NCBI GenBank assembly: GCA_002633005.1
Contig: NMRA01000214.1
Coordinates: forward strand, 23,336 to 87,335
Origin: Phoronis australis
Lineage: Eukaryota > Animalia > Phoronida
DNA: 64,000 nt
Direction: 5' to 3'
A program made the translations under genes and the position numbers. The notes beneath the pieces were generated by a model. The model was not told where the DNA came from, searched no databases, and worked only from the letters and a program-made list of their open reading frames with translations. Numbering within the stretch: the stretch's first letter is position 1; each line of letters starts with the position of its first letter. Positions 63,610 to 64,000 of the stretch are shown here, in pieces.

Positions 63610-64000
63610 GTCACAAATGTAGAAAGGTTAGACGACTTTCTTGTTTGAATAATTGATAACAGGACATATAAGTGATCAATACAGGACCGTTGGCTTCGAA
63701 AACCATTTTGCTCGTCAACTAAAATATTGTTCTGTTCACAGAAACCCAAAATTCTATTATTCAGCACAGCACTGAAGATTTTACAAATATTGGAAAGAAG
63801 ACAAATCCCACGGTTGTTCAAAGGTAATCTAGAGTCGCCTGTAGAATTCTTAGGTATCGGGATTATAACTGGGTTATACCAGTCAGAAAGCAGTAGTCCA
63901 CGTTTAAAAGATTCATTGAACAATTGGGTTTGAAAAACAACAATAGCTTCGAATCTTAACACCTCATAAGGTATACAGTCATAGCCGACGGCTTTGTTAT
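63610..64000 (-). mobile_element. Non-LTR (LINE) reverse transcriptase fragment, RTE-X-like, truncated
   Basis: W...IIPIPK...NNRGICLLSNICKIFSAVLNNR...ILVDEQNGFRSQRSCIDH are LINE RT N-terminal motifs. Confidence 0.9.

Noticed and set aside
1-64000. CRISPR arrays, operons, rRNA or tRNA genes
   Set aside because: The sequence is spliceosomal-intron-containing eukaryotic DNA; no repeat-spacer array or recognisable structural RNA was seen.

Overview
Eukaryotic (invertebrate-animal-like, AT-rich, repeat-laden) genomic DNA. Almost the whole window (2.6-62.4 kb) is one multi-exon gene on the minus strand whose 5' end lies outside the window. I can read 23 intact one-exon-per-domain immunoglobulin-like exons, all phase 1-1 with GT-AG sites, then a thrombospondin type-1 exon, then one large terminal exon. 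That last exon encodes a transmembrane helix and a ~345-aa cytoplasmic tail ending in a domain that strongly resembles the dynein heavy-chain microtubule-binding domain (stalk head). The visible part is ~2,900 aa if all exons are used. The middle of the ectodomain (30.9-57.3 kb) is a recently expanded tandem array of two alternating Ig exon types. All 9 type-A exons are intact, while 5 type-B exons are intact and 4 are dead, and there are signs of exon-limited gene conversion. Introns hold a decayed BEL/Pao LTR element with a nested TTAA-flanked DNA element, a decayed Gypsy pol, an ISL2EU-like THAP/SWIM remnant, MITEs and solo-LTR candidates. A LINE RT fragment lies at the right end and a 57-bp GC-rich minisatellite at the left end. 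Exon boundaries and domain calls were read by eye and no searches were run.
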